A stretch of DNA of 63,961 bases, filler included, from Octopus bimaculoides (GCF_001194135.2; 7 parts of 7 records of this genome joined end to end with filler, not necessarily neighbours in it), one strand, 5' to 3'; counted from the first letter of the whole stretch, positions 25,178 through 38,718 are shown. Numbers and translations are program-made. The notes: generated by a model not told the origin, from the letters alone.

Positions 25178-25599
25178 TAGTCAAAGCGGAGAATGCGATT
25201 CGATTGTAATAGATATTTTATTGGTCGAATGATATTTCAAATGTAAGTCTGTCTTTATCAAATTCAAAATAGGAAGTGATAAAAATTCAAAATTATAGAA
25301 ATTTAAATGTAATATATGAACGAGAGCAACCAGCTTCTACACGTTGATGGAATGGCATCATGAGTTTTTATGGTTCAATTTTATAACAGGTGAAAAGAAA
25401 AAAAAACAGAGAAAAAAGACACAAAAAAGCAGAAAAAAAACAGGAACGAAAAAAGAGAAAAAGAATAATATTTAATCAAACAGATTTGTATAAGTTTTAT
25501 GATATTCGCCTGTCATTTTATATTTTCCTTCAGGGCGTGATGTTAATAACCCGCAAACATTTTTCTCCTCATGCATTCTGAGAAGTGAAATTGAAGCAG

Positions 25600-26560
25600 A
25601 TTCTGAAAATTTTCTGAGAATATGCACTAGTCTTTTTCAAAATTGCAGCAGTTTGAAATGAAATGTTCTGCAAGATCTGTCCAACTACTGTTATTGTGCC
25701 TGACGTCGAATATGTGCCCATTAAACCTTTTGTTTAATTGTTCTTTTGTACAACCAACATAAATCAAGTTGTGTTTCGTGCATTCTGCCGCATACACCAA
25801 ATGGTACATAACTCCTGATGGAATTCACTTAACTCATCTTGCTGTACAACGAACAGGGCCTACCTCTCTTGCGGCTACTTTTCAAGATACAGCGTGCAGA
25901 TTCTCCAATGTTCTTTTTGTTGGAGTCAGAAAAAGAGGACAATAATTCTCTTGTATTCTTATTCCGTCTAAAGGCTACAATAGACGGCTGAGGAAATATC
26001 TGATTGAAACGAGGATACTTTTTCGCCACATGCTGAAAACTTTCATGCAACACTTTTAAAATGCCAGCGAAATTTCGGTGCCAGTTAAGCATTAAAAGAA
26101 TTCTGTCATCTATTGTACTGTATTTGGTAACATTATGCGTGAAGGTTTGACTATCTTTGCTAATCTTAGCTATTTCATTTGCTATTTCCTTTAATCGTGA
26201 TTCACTGTAACCGTGTTTAACATAATGATGTACCAAAGCATTTGCATGTTTCCAGTAATCTCCTATGTCAATACAAATCTGTTTTATCCTCAAAAATTGA
26301 GATTTTAGATTTGAACGAATAATATGATATGGATGATTGGAGCGGCAGTGGAGATAAATGTGTGTGACATGTGCTTGCAAAATAAATCTGTCACTATTCT
26401 GCTTCCAGAAAATTTGACTTTTGTGTCCAAAACTTCAAAGCTAGTTTTTGAAAAACTAGACGAAAATTTTATGTTGGACTTAAATCCATAGTTTTCAGCA
26501 TAGCAGTCACAGAAATGCAAAAAGTCCATTAAAATATCCTGTGATCCTTCCCAGACAAAA
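25600..26560 (-). mobile_element. Penelope-like element remnant (Neptune-like): RT C-terminus, Zn-linker, GIY-YIG
   Basis: NIKFSSSFSKTSFEVLD, YLHCRSNHPYHIIRSNLKSQFLRIKQIC, linker C...RGRPC and LVYAAECTKHNLIYVGCTKEQLNKRFNGH in consecutive frameshifted ORFs. Confidence 0.85.
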
Positions 26561-26852
26561 AAAGGTCATCAAGTAACCATAACATGAGCATTGGTTCATG
26601 ACCATGAAGGGATAGAAAAGCAGTCAAACAAAAGATTACCATCAAAAGTCTACAGAGAAAATTGGATACTGTGCGATATTGGATATTGTACGACGTCTTC
26701 AATACTACTACTACTACTACTACTACAACTACTACTACTATTACTACTACTANNNNNNNNNNNNNNNNNNNNNNNNNNNNNNNNNNNNNNNNNNNNTTAA
26801 TTAATTAANNNNNNNNNNNNNNNNNNNNNNNNNNNNNNNNNNNNNNNNNNNN

Positions 26853-26909
<57 letters not shown>

Positions 26910-27989
26910 TCAATCATCATCATTCTGATTTCCCTGCTTGTGTGCAGTCATGCAAACAGCTCGGCTTGAATGAATCAACTGCCAATAAATAAACAAACTC
27001 TACTACAAGTGGTTTTTGTTCCCAGTGGTATGATTAAAACATATATATTCATTTACTGGTTTCAGTCATTGGACTGTGGCCAAGAAGGAGCACGGCATTC
27101 AAGAGTTTGAGATGATTATTTCAACCCAAGTAACAAGCCTTTTATAAACTATAGTGACCCAAGATGCAAACTTGATGACACACTGTACACAAGTAAACAT
27201 AAACACAGACATGGACAGAGACAACTACACATACAGGAGAGTGTATACGGAGTTGGGGAGAGGGTTCTGTCTATGAAATATGCAAATGGATCTCATGGAA
27301 AAGGCCTATCCATAAACAGAGATTATTGGTTTAAGGAACGATCTTTATGAGCAACAGCTTGGGCAAGTCCCTTCCACTGAAGACAAAATCAGATACATAT
27401 CTGACTTTGGTAGTTTCCATTCTCAAGGACCAACCTGAGGCTTTAGTAGAATAGACTTGCCCAAGCTGTTGCTAATAGGGATAAAACTTGACATAGATAG
27501 GTCATTTCTATGATGTCCACTTGCAGGCAATTTCAAGAACTAAAGACTAATCTTATTATCATGGTTGGTCACCTTAATAATGATCATGTTAGGCAACACC
27601 ATGATAATAGCTCCAATGCATGTAAAAGCAATAGAGAAGGAACAAAGAATAAAGCAGAATCAAGATTCTTGAAGTTCGATACACAGAACCAGCTATTCAC
27701 ATGAACATCCATGGATCAGACAAACATTCAAGTGAAATAGACTTCAGGAGATAGAATACATGGATGGATGTTGTGAACATAGTCTTTCCCCAGTGAAGAA
27801 ATGGGATAGATAGATGGTTGTAAACACTTAGTCTTTCTCCAGTGAAGAATGTACCATTCAAGAAAGAGAAGCAATCAGCAACTTCAAGAAAAGAGATAGG
27901 ACTCCAAAGACAATACAATCTGGAGGCAAGTACAGAAGCTGAAAGATTCCTTAGCCATATAGAGTTTCAAAGAATACTACTTAATGCAT

Positions 27990-28690
27990 AACAAGAAAGA
28001 GAACAGATTTCTAAGAGTCAACCTTCTGAAAAGCTACACACCATGTCTGTGGATGTAGTAAGGTTCTAGTCAAATGGAAGGTGACATGGTGGAACAGTAC
28101 AATAGAAAGGATCGCAAAAGACTAAAAGACAGGCTTATAAAGATTAGAAGGAAAGTGGGAGCAAGGAACAATATCAGGTAGCTAAAAAGAGATACTAGAC
28201 ATCAGGTATATGTTGCTATGCGAAGGTCATATATTTAAAACGATTCTGTATTGCAAAACAGTATGTCAGTGTAAATCAAGATATCACAGGAGAAAGTATA
28301 GAAATAATAGTGGCACACCTGACCTTGCTGGCACAAAAAAAAGAAGCATGGAACTGTTACTGTCAGGAGAATGTATGTGAGAAAGTGATGATTCATGTAT
28401 ACTAGCAGAGGCCTGCTAATGGAAGGTGACAACTATACAGTCAAAAGTGAGATTAAAGATATAAAGGGGAGCAAAAGAGCTGCACTATCAGGGACAGTTG
28501 ACAAGATACTAAAAATATCCAGCAAATTAAAGACACCACTAATCACCGACATAACCAATCAGGTACCTAACTTGGAAACAGGTGAAGGCTGGCAACAGGA
28601 AAGGCATCCAGTCATAGAAAATCTGCCTCTACAAATTCTATGCAACCCATGCAAGCATGGAAAAGTGGACATTATATGATGATGATGTAA
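27990..28690 (+). mobile_element. Decayed RTE LINE fragments ending in (ATG)n tail
   Basis: KRQAYKD*KESGSKEQYQVAK resembles the RTE linker. The tail CCCATGCAAGCATGGAAAAGTGGAC..ATGATGATG at ~28645-28690 is shared by many copies in the window. Confidence 0.55.
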
Positions 28691-29420
28691 TACAGGGAGC
28701 CGACATATGCAATAAATGACAGCAGCAGCAGCAGCATCTATTGTTATAAGAAGACATTCAAGAAAGAAACAACTACAAAGGCATTAAACTGATCGATAAG
28801 ATTACATTAGTGAAAAAGAGTTTGAGGGACAATTGATAAATAAAAGAATTGGCTTAGAGGTGATGCAGTTCAAATTGGAGCCAGGACAGTGAACACTGAT
28901 GTCCATCTTCCATGTAGAACAAGCCTTTGAGCCAACAGCAACTTGCTATACCTAGCCTTCACTACCAGGAGAAAACCTTTGACAGAGTAACACAGTGTGC
29001 AGTCTGGAAATCACCAAAAAAAGTTAGATGTAGATGGATGGTTTGTGAGAACCATGCAGCCCATGTACAGAGAAATGGTGTCAACAGTGAGAATTATCAA
29101 AGAGTTCAAGCACCTGTGTTGCCATCACATAAAAGGCAACTGAGCTAGTTCCACATAAAAAATACCCAGTACACACTGTAAAGGGGCTGGCAGTAAGAAG
29201 GCCATTTAGAAGGGAGCTTGGTGCAGCTCTTTGACTTGTCAACTCCAATCAAATAGTCCAACCCATGCCAGCATGGAAAACAGGCATTAAATGATTGTGA
29301 CAACGATGTGTCTATTATGGCTTGGTTCTTAGCCCAGTATTTTTTTATTATAGTTTTCTAAACCATTTTAGAGAAGTTTAAGACTGAAACTTCTATATAT
29401 CTACAACCTAATTTTAACAG

Positions 29421-29490
29421 TTGAATTCATTGAAGAATCAAAATCTTCCAAACATGGAACCAAAACCTCAAATCAAGAACCTTCTCAGTA
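29421..29490 (+). CDS. Candidate short internal exon, unidentified
   Basis: ctaattttaacAG acceptor at 29420, then open frames (EFIEESKSSKHGTKTSNQEPS). Weak donor; speculative. Confidence 0.2.
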
Positions 29491-29821
29491 AACCTGAAAA
29501 CAAATGTTTTAATAAAGTGCAAAGACAGCACTCTACAGCCATAAGTGAGGTGGCCATTCTCAATATCATCATATTAACATCTACAGTTCCATGCTTGCAT
29601 TGGATGGACAAATTTGTTGAGATAGATCTTCTACAGTAGGATGCCCTCCGTGTCACCAACTCTAACCTGTATCCATAGAAAGTAATAGTTCCTCATGACC
29701 CAGATATCGAAGGTTTGAAACAAAGGACAACACTTGTATGACAGTGACACTCGTTTACAATGATCACATCATGTCTTGTTAAGGAGAGACAGACATACAC
29801 ATTCTTTTACTAGTTTCATAG

Positions 29822-30049
29822 TTCTTTATTGCCCACAAGGGGCTAAACATAGAGGGGACAAACAAGGACAGACAAACGGATTAAGTCGATTATATCGACC
29901 CCAGTGCGTAACTGGTACTTAATTTATCGACCCTGAAAGGATGAAAGGTAAAGTCAACTCCGGCGGAATTTGAACTCAGAACGTAACGGCAGACGAAATA
30001 CCGCTAAGCATTTCGCCCGGCGTGCTAACGTTTCTGCCAGATCGACGCC
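29822..30049 (-). mobile_element. tRNA-derived SINE, well preserved
   Basis: Minus head GGCGTCGATCTGGCAGAAACGTTAGC, B-box-like GAGTTCAAATTCC, then GGGTCGATAAATTAAGTACCAG. Related copies at 23291 and 42815-42899. Confidence 0.8.
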
Positions 30050-30246
30050 TTTTACTAGTTTCAGTCATTTCACTGTGGTCATGCTGGAGCACCACCTTGA
30101 AGTATTTTTGTCAAACAACTTTACCCTTGGGCATATTTTTCAAGCCTAGTACTTATTCTATCGGTCTCTTTGCCGAACCACTAAGTTATGGGTACATAAA
30201 CACCGGTTTTCAAGCAACGATGGTGGGGACAAACACAGACACAAAG

Positions 30247-30293
<47 letters not shown>

Positions 30294-30295
30294 GG

Positions 30296-30625
30296 ACAGG
30301 TTTCTTTCAGTTTACATCTACCAAATCCACTCACAAGGCTTTGGTCGGCCTGAAGCTATAGAAGACATCTGTCCAAGGTCCCTTGCAGTGGGACTGAACC
30401 TGGAACCATGTCATGGGGAAGCAAGCTTCTTACCACACAGCCTCATATGCACAATATATACATACTGCGAGCTTCTTTCAGTTAGCATCTTCCAAATCCA
30501 CTTACAAGGCTTAGTTTGGCCTAAAGCTATAGAAGGTATTTGTCTGAAGTGCCATACAGCGAAACTGAACCATAACCCCATGAGATTGGGAACTAAACCT
30601 CTTACTATACAGTCATGCTGCCTGC
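30296..30625 (-). mobile_element. Two adjacent copies of an abundant SINE family (GGTTCAGTCCCACTG...GGTAGA.GGAAACTGAAAGAAG)
   Basis: Colinear with copies at 33576-33703, 45462-45580, 49533-49691, 51651-51713 and 55172-55327. Confidence 0.75.
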
Positions 30626-30760
30626 ATGACTGTATAGAAGAGAAATTTGGTAGGAACTCTGCACTGTGTATCACGTGAATTACAGGTACACAAGAAATGC
30701 TGTAGAATTAGATGGTTTACAAGAGAAGACTGTTTGTAACAGATGCACAGGCATCATTAA

Positions 30761-30932
30761 CCCTTCAACATTTAAACTAGCTAAATCTGGCACATCACAC
30801 CAACCCTACAATATCACTCTAAAAATTAACAGTTACCTCATCAAAATTCAAACCAATAAAATGCCTGATTCATTGAAAACGATGTGAATAAATAAGTATT
30901 ACTTTTGACAGAGTAACATGAATGCTAAAGGG
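30761..30932. mobile_element. piggyBac-type MITE
   Basis: TTAA|CCCTTCAACATTTA ... TGAATGCTAAAGGG|TTAA: imperfect TIRs with TTAA duplication. Confidence 0.7.
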
Positions 30933-31039
30933 TTAAACGTAAGAGTACCTATGAAATGAATCTTCTCTATTGCCCTGAGGGCTCTGTATACACAGGGCTG
31001 GTAAGTAGCAGTTTGTTATCTAAGCAACCTTATCAATAG

Positions 31040-31420
31040 AGGAAAAGAGAGTTCCAAGAGCAACAGTAATATTGGGGCGGGAAAATCTCAGAGGGCTAAA
31101 CCTCTATAAGCAATGAAGCAATTCTCGCACTGAAGGATAGAATGTATGATAATGCTTGTTAGTGTTAGTGATGATAGAAAACAGACATGAATAAAGATTT
31201 GCAAGAACAAATACTGGTTGCACTAGTATGGACTTGTGCATATGGAAAATGATAATTGGGTAAAGTGCCAAGCAATCCAAACTTGTAGAAGAGGGAAGTC
31301 AGGAGAAGAGTTAGTGAAAGCTCATCTCAGGAAGCTGAGACTCACAAAAGAGACAATACAGGATCACAACAGGCAAGAAATTAGGATAAAGACTTGTCCA
31401 ACCAGGGAAAAGCAGGCTTA
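31040..31420 (+). mobile_element. RTE LINE 3' ORF fragment
   Basis: HMENDNWVKC...CRRGK...LVKAHLRKLRLT resembles the RTE C-terminus. Confidence 0.5.
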
Positions 31421-31524
31421 GAACTAAATCAGCAGATCAAGAAAGAGAATCATTAGATCATTACAACCAACCAAAGAACACAGGATCTTACAGCAACGAA
31501 AGGCCAATGTATTGTCCACCAATG

Positions 31525-31745
31525 GAATCATCATCATCGTTTAACGTCCACTTTCCATGCTAGCATGGGTTGGACGATTTCACTGAGGACTGGTGAAACC
31601 AGATGGCTACACCAGGCTCCAATCTGATTTGGCAGAGTTTCTACAGCTGGATGCCCTTCTTAACGCCAACCACTCCGAGAGTGTAGTGGGTGCTTTTACG
31701 TGCCAGCGGCACGAAGGCCAGTCAAGCGGTATTGGCAACGGCCAT
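31525..31745 (-). mobile_element. RTE-type 3' UTR / SINE tail with (ATG)n end
   Basis: CATCATCATCGTTTAACGTCCACTTTCCATGCTAGCATGGG...GGATGCCCTTCTTAACGCCAAC. Same family at 29260, 29560-29690, 33040, 44680-45180, 55440-55610 and 62620-62855. Confidence 0.75.
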
Positions 31746-32727
31746 GCTCATGGTGACAAGGACAGCATATCTCATCACTACAAGATCTTTATAAGACCAT
31801 GTCAGCGGTTCATAATATTTTCATTACCAAGGGAACTTGATATTTAGATGTATTTTCCCATGGACCCCAAAGCTTTCGAAGATCCATCTACTCAGCGAAT
31901 TTTGAATTTGGCTTATGGCTATTAAGTGCTTCCTTTAAGGACCCCAAGCAGAGAACTCTCTTGTTATATCTGTATGTTTGTAATGTATAATTTATGAAGG
32001 ACATACTGGATAATGTAGACCTACATAATACACAACTAAATGAAACGAAAAAGTTCATGACTTAGATGCCTTTCTAAATAGGTCTGCCTGATTGACGCTA
32101 ACAACCTTGGGTTCAACAACATTATCAATTACATTGGTCATATACAGGGAAAACATGATAATAGTTGCTTAATGCAGGAATTCCCCAACTAGTCACTGCT
32201 GTCTCCTAAAAAAGCTTTTAACTTTATATAGTTATGTAAAATCATATTTAATGCCACTCAGATGAAGAAAGACAATATGCTGCAAAATTTGTCTCTAAAA
32301 GAAATCCTCCATTTAGACAAAATGGGTGTAAACATACCACTAAACCATGAACAACATAATCAGAATGTAGGACACATGCGTTTCTGCACTGTTATGCTTC
32401 ATCAGCTACATATATCAAACCATCATTCATGCACCAACAGATGGTTGCACTTATATCAAAACAGCAAATGGTACATTTGCAGATGTGCAAAAAGCTTCTT
32501 CAAGATGGAATTAATTAGAGGAGCACAAGGCAGTAATGAATGAGACATACGTACAATAAATAACATTCAGCATGTTCATGCATATTTGGACATGGAAAGA
32601 CATACACTGCAGAAATTGTCACAAGAGAAGAACCTCTTCTTATGGACAATATGGGTGTAATTAAATGTCACTGAGAAACCCTTTAAGCACCAGAGTGTGT
32701 GATAAATACAACAGTTTTTCCAGATAA

Positions 32728-32812
32728 GAAATATCTGGGATAGATTGACATTAAGTGTATGAGAGCCAAACACCATTTCCAAGAGAGAATGCCAATCTAT
32801 CCCAGATATTTC
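32728..32812. repeat. Inverted repeat, 20-bp perfect core extending to ~25 bp, 35-nt loop
   Basis: GAAATATCTGGGATAGATTG (32728-32747) pairs with CAATCTATCCCAGATATTTC (32793-32812); CATT/AATG pair inside. Confidence 0.85.
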
Positions 32813-33514
32813 CTAATCAATCTCTGGCAGAAAAGTTACTTTTATTATTCAACCTGCTAGAAAGAGCAACCAGACATTTCCCTACCATCTTAGGTAAAAA
32901 GAAACAAAAGAGGAATGCCGCAACAAACAATGGTCTTATATACCTTTCAACAAACTAGAAAATTTATGATTATGTTTGCCCTATCAGGGTTGACCAAGAG
33001 CTGAAAAAAACACCCTTATCATAATCTAGCATTTACTTACTCATGCTTGCATGGGTCAGACAGAATTTGCTGAGGCAGATTTTTTTATGGCCGATGCCCT
33101 TCCTGTCATGAACCCACACCCGTTTCCAAGCAAAATAATAATTCCCATGGCCAGACAAGCTATTCCATGGAAGTCTGATAATGAACAACATCACCTGTGT
33201 GAGTGATACACATTTACAACTGTCACATGATGTTAGGACAACACTACACACACACACACATATGATGAGTTTCTTTCAGTTTCTGTCTACCAAATCCACT
33301 CACGAGGTTTTAGTCAACCCAGCGATATAATGAAAGTCATGGCCACAAGGTAAGCAGTCATGTCTGTGATATGGAATTTTAGTTGAATAAACCAACCTCA
33401 GTACTTCTTTTCTTTAAGCTTCATACTTATATCCTACCATTTTTTTTGCTGAACCACTAAGTTACAAGGATATAAAGACACCAACATTAGTTGCCAAGTG
33501 ATGGTGGGGGACAT

Positions 33515-33559
<45 letters not shown>

Positions 33560-33575
33560 CACTCATACATACAAT

Positions 33576-33703
33576 GGGCTTCTTCCAGTTACCATCTACC
33601 AAATCCACTACAAGGCTTTGATTGCCCAAGGTGCAATGCAGTACGACTGAATCTGGAATCATGCGGCTGGGAAGCAAACTTCTTACCACACGGCCATCCT
33701 TGC
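33576..33703 (-). mobile_element. Abundant SINE family copy
   Basis: Colinear with 30296-30445. Confidence 0.7.
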
Positions 33704-35579
33704 ACGCAAATACACTGAGTTTTCTAAGTACACACTAGGTACATAGCTGACACTACACAAATCAACTGGTATGCTTAATCGAACAGGCTTCCAACCAAAA
33801 CATAGTCCAGCCTTCACTATCCCTCTCTTTTCTGTATCAGAGACTACATTATCCAATATTTTCATCCTCATTTCAAGTCGGTAATGTGCGATTTGAGGTG
33901 ACACTTTATTATTTCCTATCTCTAGTAACTCGAGTAAGAGGTGAGGCTCCCTTGATAACAAAGATTGAAGCCAGTTGCACACACAAGCAAAGGTCCAGTC
34001 AGACAACACTTGGTTCCACTCAATGAAATGGATCCTTGATTGCATACATTACTAACAACCATCAATCCACTTACTTCAGTAATCGTATGGACTAACATTA
34101 AGCAGATCAACCCTTATATTTACCAGCCTTTGTGGTGAATGTATATGCATGTGTGTGTGTGTTTAATTTTTGACAGCTTTCCAGGTAATTTCAGAAACGT
34201 ACATAATATCCACGTCTTTGTATAGGTGATCCAGGAATTTTTAGCAAATTTAAACCTATAAGCCTTTACAAAATAGAAAAGAAAGAGTTGAAATGAGCAG
34301 CCCATACTTAATAAACATTTGAAAACAAAACAAAACACTGTTCTATTTATTGAAGATAAGACAACAAAATAGAATAAAATTCAGCAGTAAATTAATAACT
34401 AATAACAAAGCTTAGCTAAGATGAATTCTACAGAATATTTTGACTTCAAACTAACGGTGGAATTAGCAATGAGTTTTGCTTATGTCTTCAGCAAGCAGCT
34501 CAAAACGAAGGGTATAAGCGAAAAGAAATCTTGCATTTGATCAACGATTTCTTCGGCTTAAGTCTCCAAATCTTTCCGATTCTTAATTCGATGACCAAAG
34601 CCTTTTTTCTTTGACACGCTGCTGTGTTCAATATTTCAAACACTTTTGAGCCAAGTAAAAACAAATACCAAGAATAGAAGCTCACTATTTACTTGTATTT
34701 GTCTACTGCCTCTCCGGACTTATTATCGACTAGTTAGGCCTATCAGTCCGTTCAAATATCATTATTATATACATACATATATATATATATATATAAGCTT
34801 AGTCATAAGGGGTATATATATATATACATATAATATCATACTTTATTTAAATGTTCTTTATCTTACAGTTCTTATATAATAAATTTAAATTTCTATACGA
34901 AACTAACACCACCCGTCCTTCTTCAGTTTCTCTATCCTTGTTTTGTTGTAATTTTTCAGTTTTTGTGTTCTTTTTTCTTTTTGTTTACTTTTGAGACCCA
35001 CTCCATTGCCGAATTGCAAAATCCTAACGATTTTATAATTTTTAAAATGGGTTTTACAATTGAGCATGGTTTTTAAAAATCCTATTAAAAAATGTTTCTA
35101 ATTATTTTAATTACTTCGATATAGAAAAGAGAAAATTAAATAAATTCTCACATAAACATAATTTATGCAAGACGGACGAAAAATAGCGAAAATACAAATT
35201 AAGGGAGCGAAAATTAAGAGAATAATTTAAGACCTCCCCCCCCTTNNNNNNNNNNNNNNNNNNNNNNNNNNNNNNNNNNNNNNNNNNNNNNNNNNNNNNN
35301 NNNNNNNNNNNNNNNNNNNNNNNNNNNNNNNNNNNNNNNNNNNNNNNNNNNNNNNNNNNNNNNNNNNNNNNNNNNNNNNNNNNNNNNNNNNNNNNNNNNN
35401 NNNNNNNNNNNNNNNNNNNNNNNNNNNNNNNNNNNNNNNNNNNNNNNNNNNNNNNNNNNNNNNNNNNNNNNNNNNNNNNNNNNNNATATATATTGGGATG
35501 TCGTTAATCAGAGCAATGGATCAATTCAATATTATTACCGTTAAGAACTCGCCTCGATAAAGGTGTGTGTATATATAAA

Positions 35580-35619
<40 letters not shown>

Positions 35620-36287
35620 CCGATTAGTCGATTGATTAGCTTAATAATCACCCCTAATACACCTTTTATCTGCATCTAACAAACATGCAGAAAGGCAGAT
35701 GCTTGTATCTGGTAGATGAAATGTGCAATCAAAGGGTGAAGCCGTGTAGCGGGGAAGGAGAAAAAGGCGCTGTTCCCCCATTATTGACAAAAATGTCTAT
35801 TATTTATTTGTAAATATATATTATTCATCAATGTATATTCGATGCTATTATATTTAATAAAATATAATTGCTATTCATTAAAAGACTTCCTTAATTAATG
35901 GCGTAGAAGATACCACGAAATGAAACTGATAAGAATAATAATGATAATAATAATACTGAACACAAAATAATTGTAGTTTTTAATTGCTACAACTGTTAAT
36001 TATAATACCACTACGGAGAACTACGAAGAGGACGGAAGTGTGTATATGTGTGTAATAATATATATATATATATATAATCCTTTCGCGATCGGTGTTTTAA
36101 TTTTATATAAACTCGAATTTACGTTTTGTGTTTACCGTTCTGCATATATATATACATACCCTCATATACACACAAAGATTCGTATAATGAATTTAGATTA
36201 TTAAAAGGAAAAAATAAAATAAAACCGGCACGAGCGATACCTGTCTTCTACTAATCTATCTATATATTTGTGATTGTGATACGAGTG

Positions 36288-36349
<62 letters not shown>

Positions 36350-37093
36350 TAGATTCCCCCGATCCTGTTGGTGCGAATCGCGTAGGAAGGAATGACCCTA
36401 AATTTTTATTTAAATGGAGAAAAAAACCGCGAAGCCACGAATGCTATTTTCGGCTTATACACATGTATAATAAAGATGTGCATATAAACACACACATATA
36501 CATTCATGTATATATGCTCTTCTTCATATACACATTGGTGTGGTTTCGTTTAGCACTTCGTTATTTAAACATAAATGCGTATATATTTATATGCATTTTC
36601 CCTCCTTTCCAGTTGCACATGTATATTTTGGCTTTCTTCATTTCTTAATGTAGTTACACATGCATTTTCATTATATATATATAGAATATACTCGACTATA
36701 TATTCTAATTGCATATTATATTTATAAAAATATATACACATAAATATCCTTTCTATTATACAGCATGTATCTGCATTTTCCCTCTTCTCTCTGTATACAT
36801 AAATAAACCAGAATCTATGTATAAACACCCTCATTTTATTACTGTCTTAAGACTATTTTATATACACAAACACGAATTTATCTTTCCTCATCCACATACT
36901 CACGACATTCATCTATTCATACTATACACACGATTTTCGTTTCTGTATACATACATAGCTGCATTTTCCCTCCTTTACGGATATGAATACAACTACACTT
37001 TTACAGTATGTATACATATATACACGCTCATACATATTTTCATCCTCACCTATACATACATATGTATGTATATTATTAGCATTATTCTCATCA

Positions 37094-37122
<29 letters not shown>

Positions 37123-37125
<3 letters not shown>

Positions 37126-37162
37126 ATGTTCAATCAAATGATGAAGCTAGGATATATATCAC

Positions 37163-37201
<39 letters not shown>

Positions 37202-37680
37202 ATACATAGGTACTACATACATGTGTAATGTACATATATATGCATGTGTGTATATATATATATAATATTCAATTAAATGATGAAGCCAGGATATATATCA
37301 CATGAATATATATATAGATCTAAAACATANNNNNNNNNNTATATATATATATATAATGTTCAATTAAATGATGAAGCTAGGATATATATCACATAAATAT
37401 ATATATAGATCTAAAACATACATAGGTACATACATGTGTAATGTACATATATATGCATGTGTGTATATATATATATAATATTCAATTAAATGATGAAGCC
37501 AGGATATATATCACATGAATATATATATAGATCTAAAACATATACATAGGTACATACATGTGTAATGTACATATATATGCATGTGTATATAATGTTCAAT
37601 TAAATGATGAAGCTAGGATATATATCACATGAATATATATATAGATCTAAAACATACATGTGTAATGTACATATATATTG
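37123..37680. repeat. ~5-unit tandem array of 90-140-bp AT-rich monomers
   Basis: TTCAATTAAATGATGAAGC(T/C)AGGATATATATCACAT recurs about five times. It spans a 10-N gap, so copy number may be partly artefactual. Confidence 0.8.
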
Positions 37681-37801
37681 CATGTGTATATGTATATAAA
37701 TATATCCATATTTTCAATAGCATAATTTACTGTAGTTTTTTTTCATGGGGGGGGATCAGGTTGAAGAGTGGAAAACAACTTGTTAGTAGCGAGAATGTTA
37801 C

Positions 37802-37938
37802 CTTTGATACTGTGCGATTCGATTTTCATGTTCTTCCTCAGTCTCGGAATCGCGCCGCATCAGAACGCTCACCTCCTCCATGAGCATCTCAGCCTGGCTA
37901 CGTCTCTTCTGTCTTGGCATTGTTCTCTCAGAAAACTC
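37802..37938 (-). CDS. Probable first coding exon of an unidentified host gene (ATG at 37920)
   Basis: Acceptor tttttggttgtAG ends at 37939, 18-nt UTR, then MPRQKRRSQAEMLMEEVSVLMRRDSETEEEHENRIAQYQ. Donors AG|GTGAGC (exon end 37873) and AG|GTAACA (exon end 37802). GC/CpG-rich island in AT-rich DNA. Confidence 0.55.
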
Positions 37939-38398
37939 CTACAACCAAAAACCACTACGGCGGCGGGTCTTTTTTTTTTTTTTTCCTTTTTTTTACTTTT
38001 CCTTTTTGTATGTCCTTTTTTTCTTTTTTTACTTATTTCTTCTTTCTGTTCTCCTTTTCTTTCTTTTTTCTTCCTTTCTTCTTTTTCTTACCACTCTGTC
38101 GGTATAACCCCCACCTTTTTTTCTTCCTTTCTTTCTTATTATTCTTTTTCTTCTACTTCATCTTCCTTGTTTTGCTTTGCTTTGTTTTGTATTGTTTTTG
38201 CTTTAGCCCAATTTAACCGCGGGTACATGAACATTCAAAGAGTATATACATACCATATATTTATCTGTATATGTGTACATACATATACATTGATTTAAAT
38301 TAATATATTTTCTAAGTATGTATATATATATATTTATATCTATATAGATATAAATATCTGTTTTCTATGTGTATGTATGTATGTATGTATAAATGTGA

Positions 38399-38435
<37 letters not shown>

Positions 38436-38639
38436 TATAACTGTATATCGTTATACAGAATGAAGAGGATGGGGGAGAGAGAGAAAGAGAGGGAGAGTTA
38501 AATAAAATAATAGATATATAGAGAGATAGAAAGACACAAAGAGATAGAGAGAGACAGAAAGAAATAAGGAAAGAGACAGAGAAAGAAAGAGAGAAGTATT
38601 TAAAGAGCAAAGCCAGAAGCGAGCACACAACCCATTATA

Positions 38640-38704
38640 ACAGGAAGTGGCAGCCATACATGCTTGTCTCGCACTTCCTGTCAGTTCAGCAACCACATGG
38701 CAGC
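38640..38704. promoter_or_regulatory. Inverted pair of ETS motifs plus YY1-like motif
   Basis: ACAGGAAGTG (38640-38649) and CACTTCCTGT (38672-38681); ACATGGCAGC at 38695-38704. Confidence 0.4.
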
Positions 38705-38718
38705 GAGCTGTTTACACG

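Noticed and set aside
33683-34045. 120-aa minus-strand ORF
   Set aside because: No motif or convincing splice sites; ends in a SINE.
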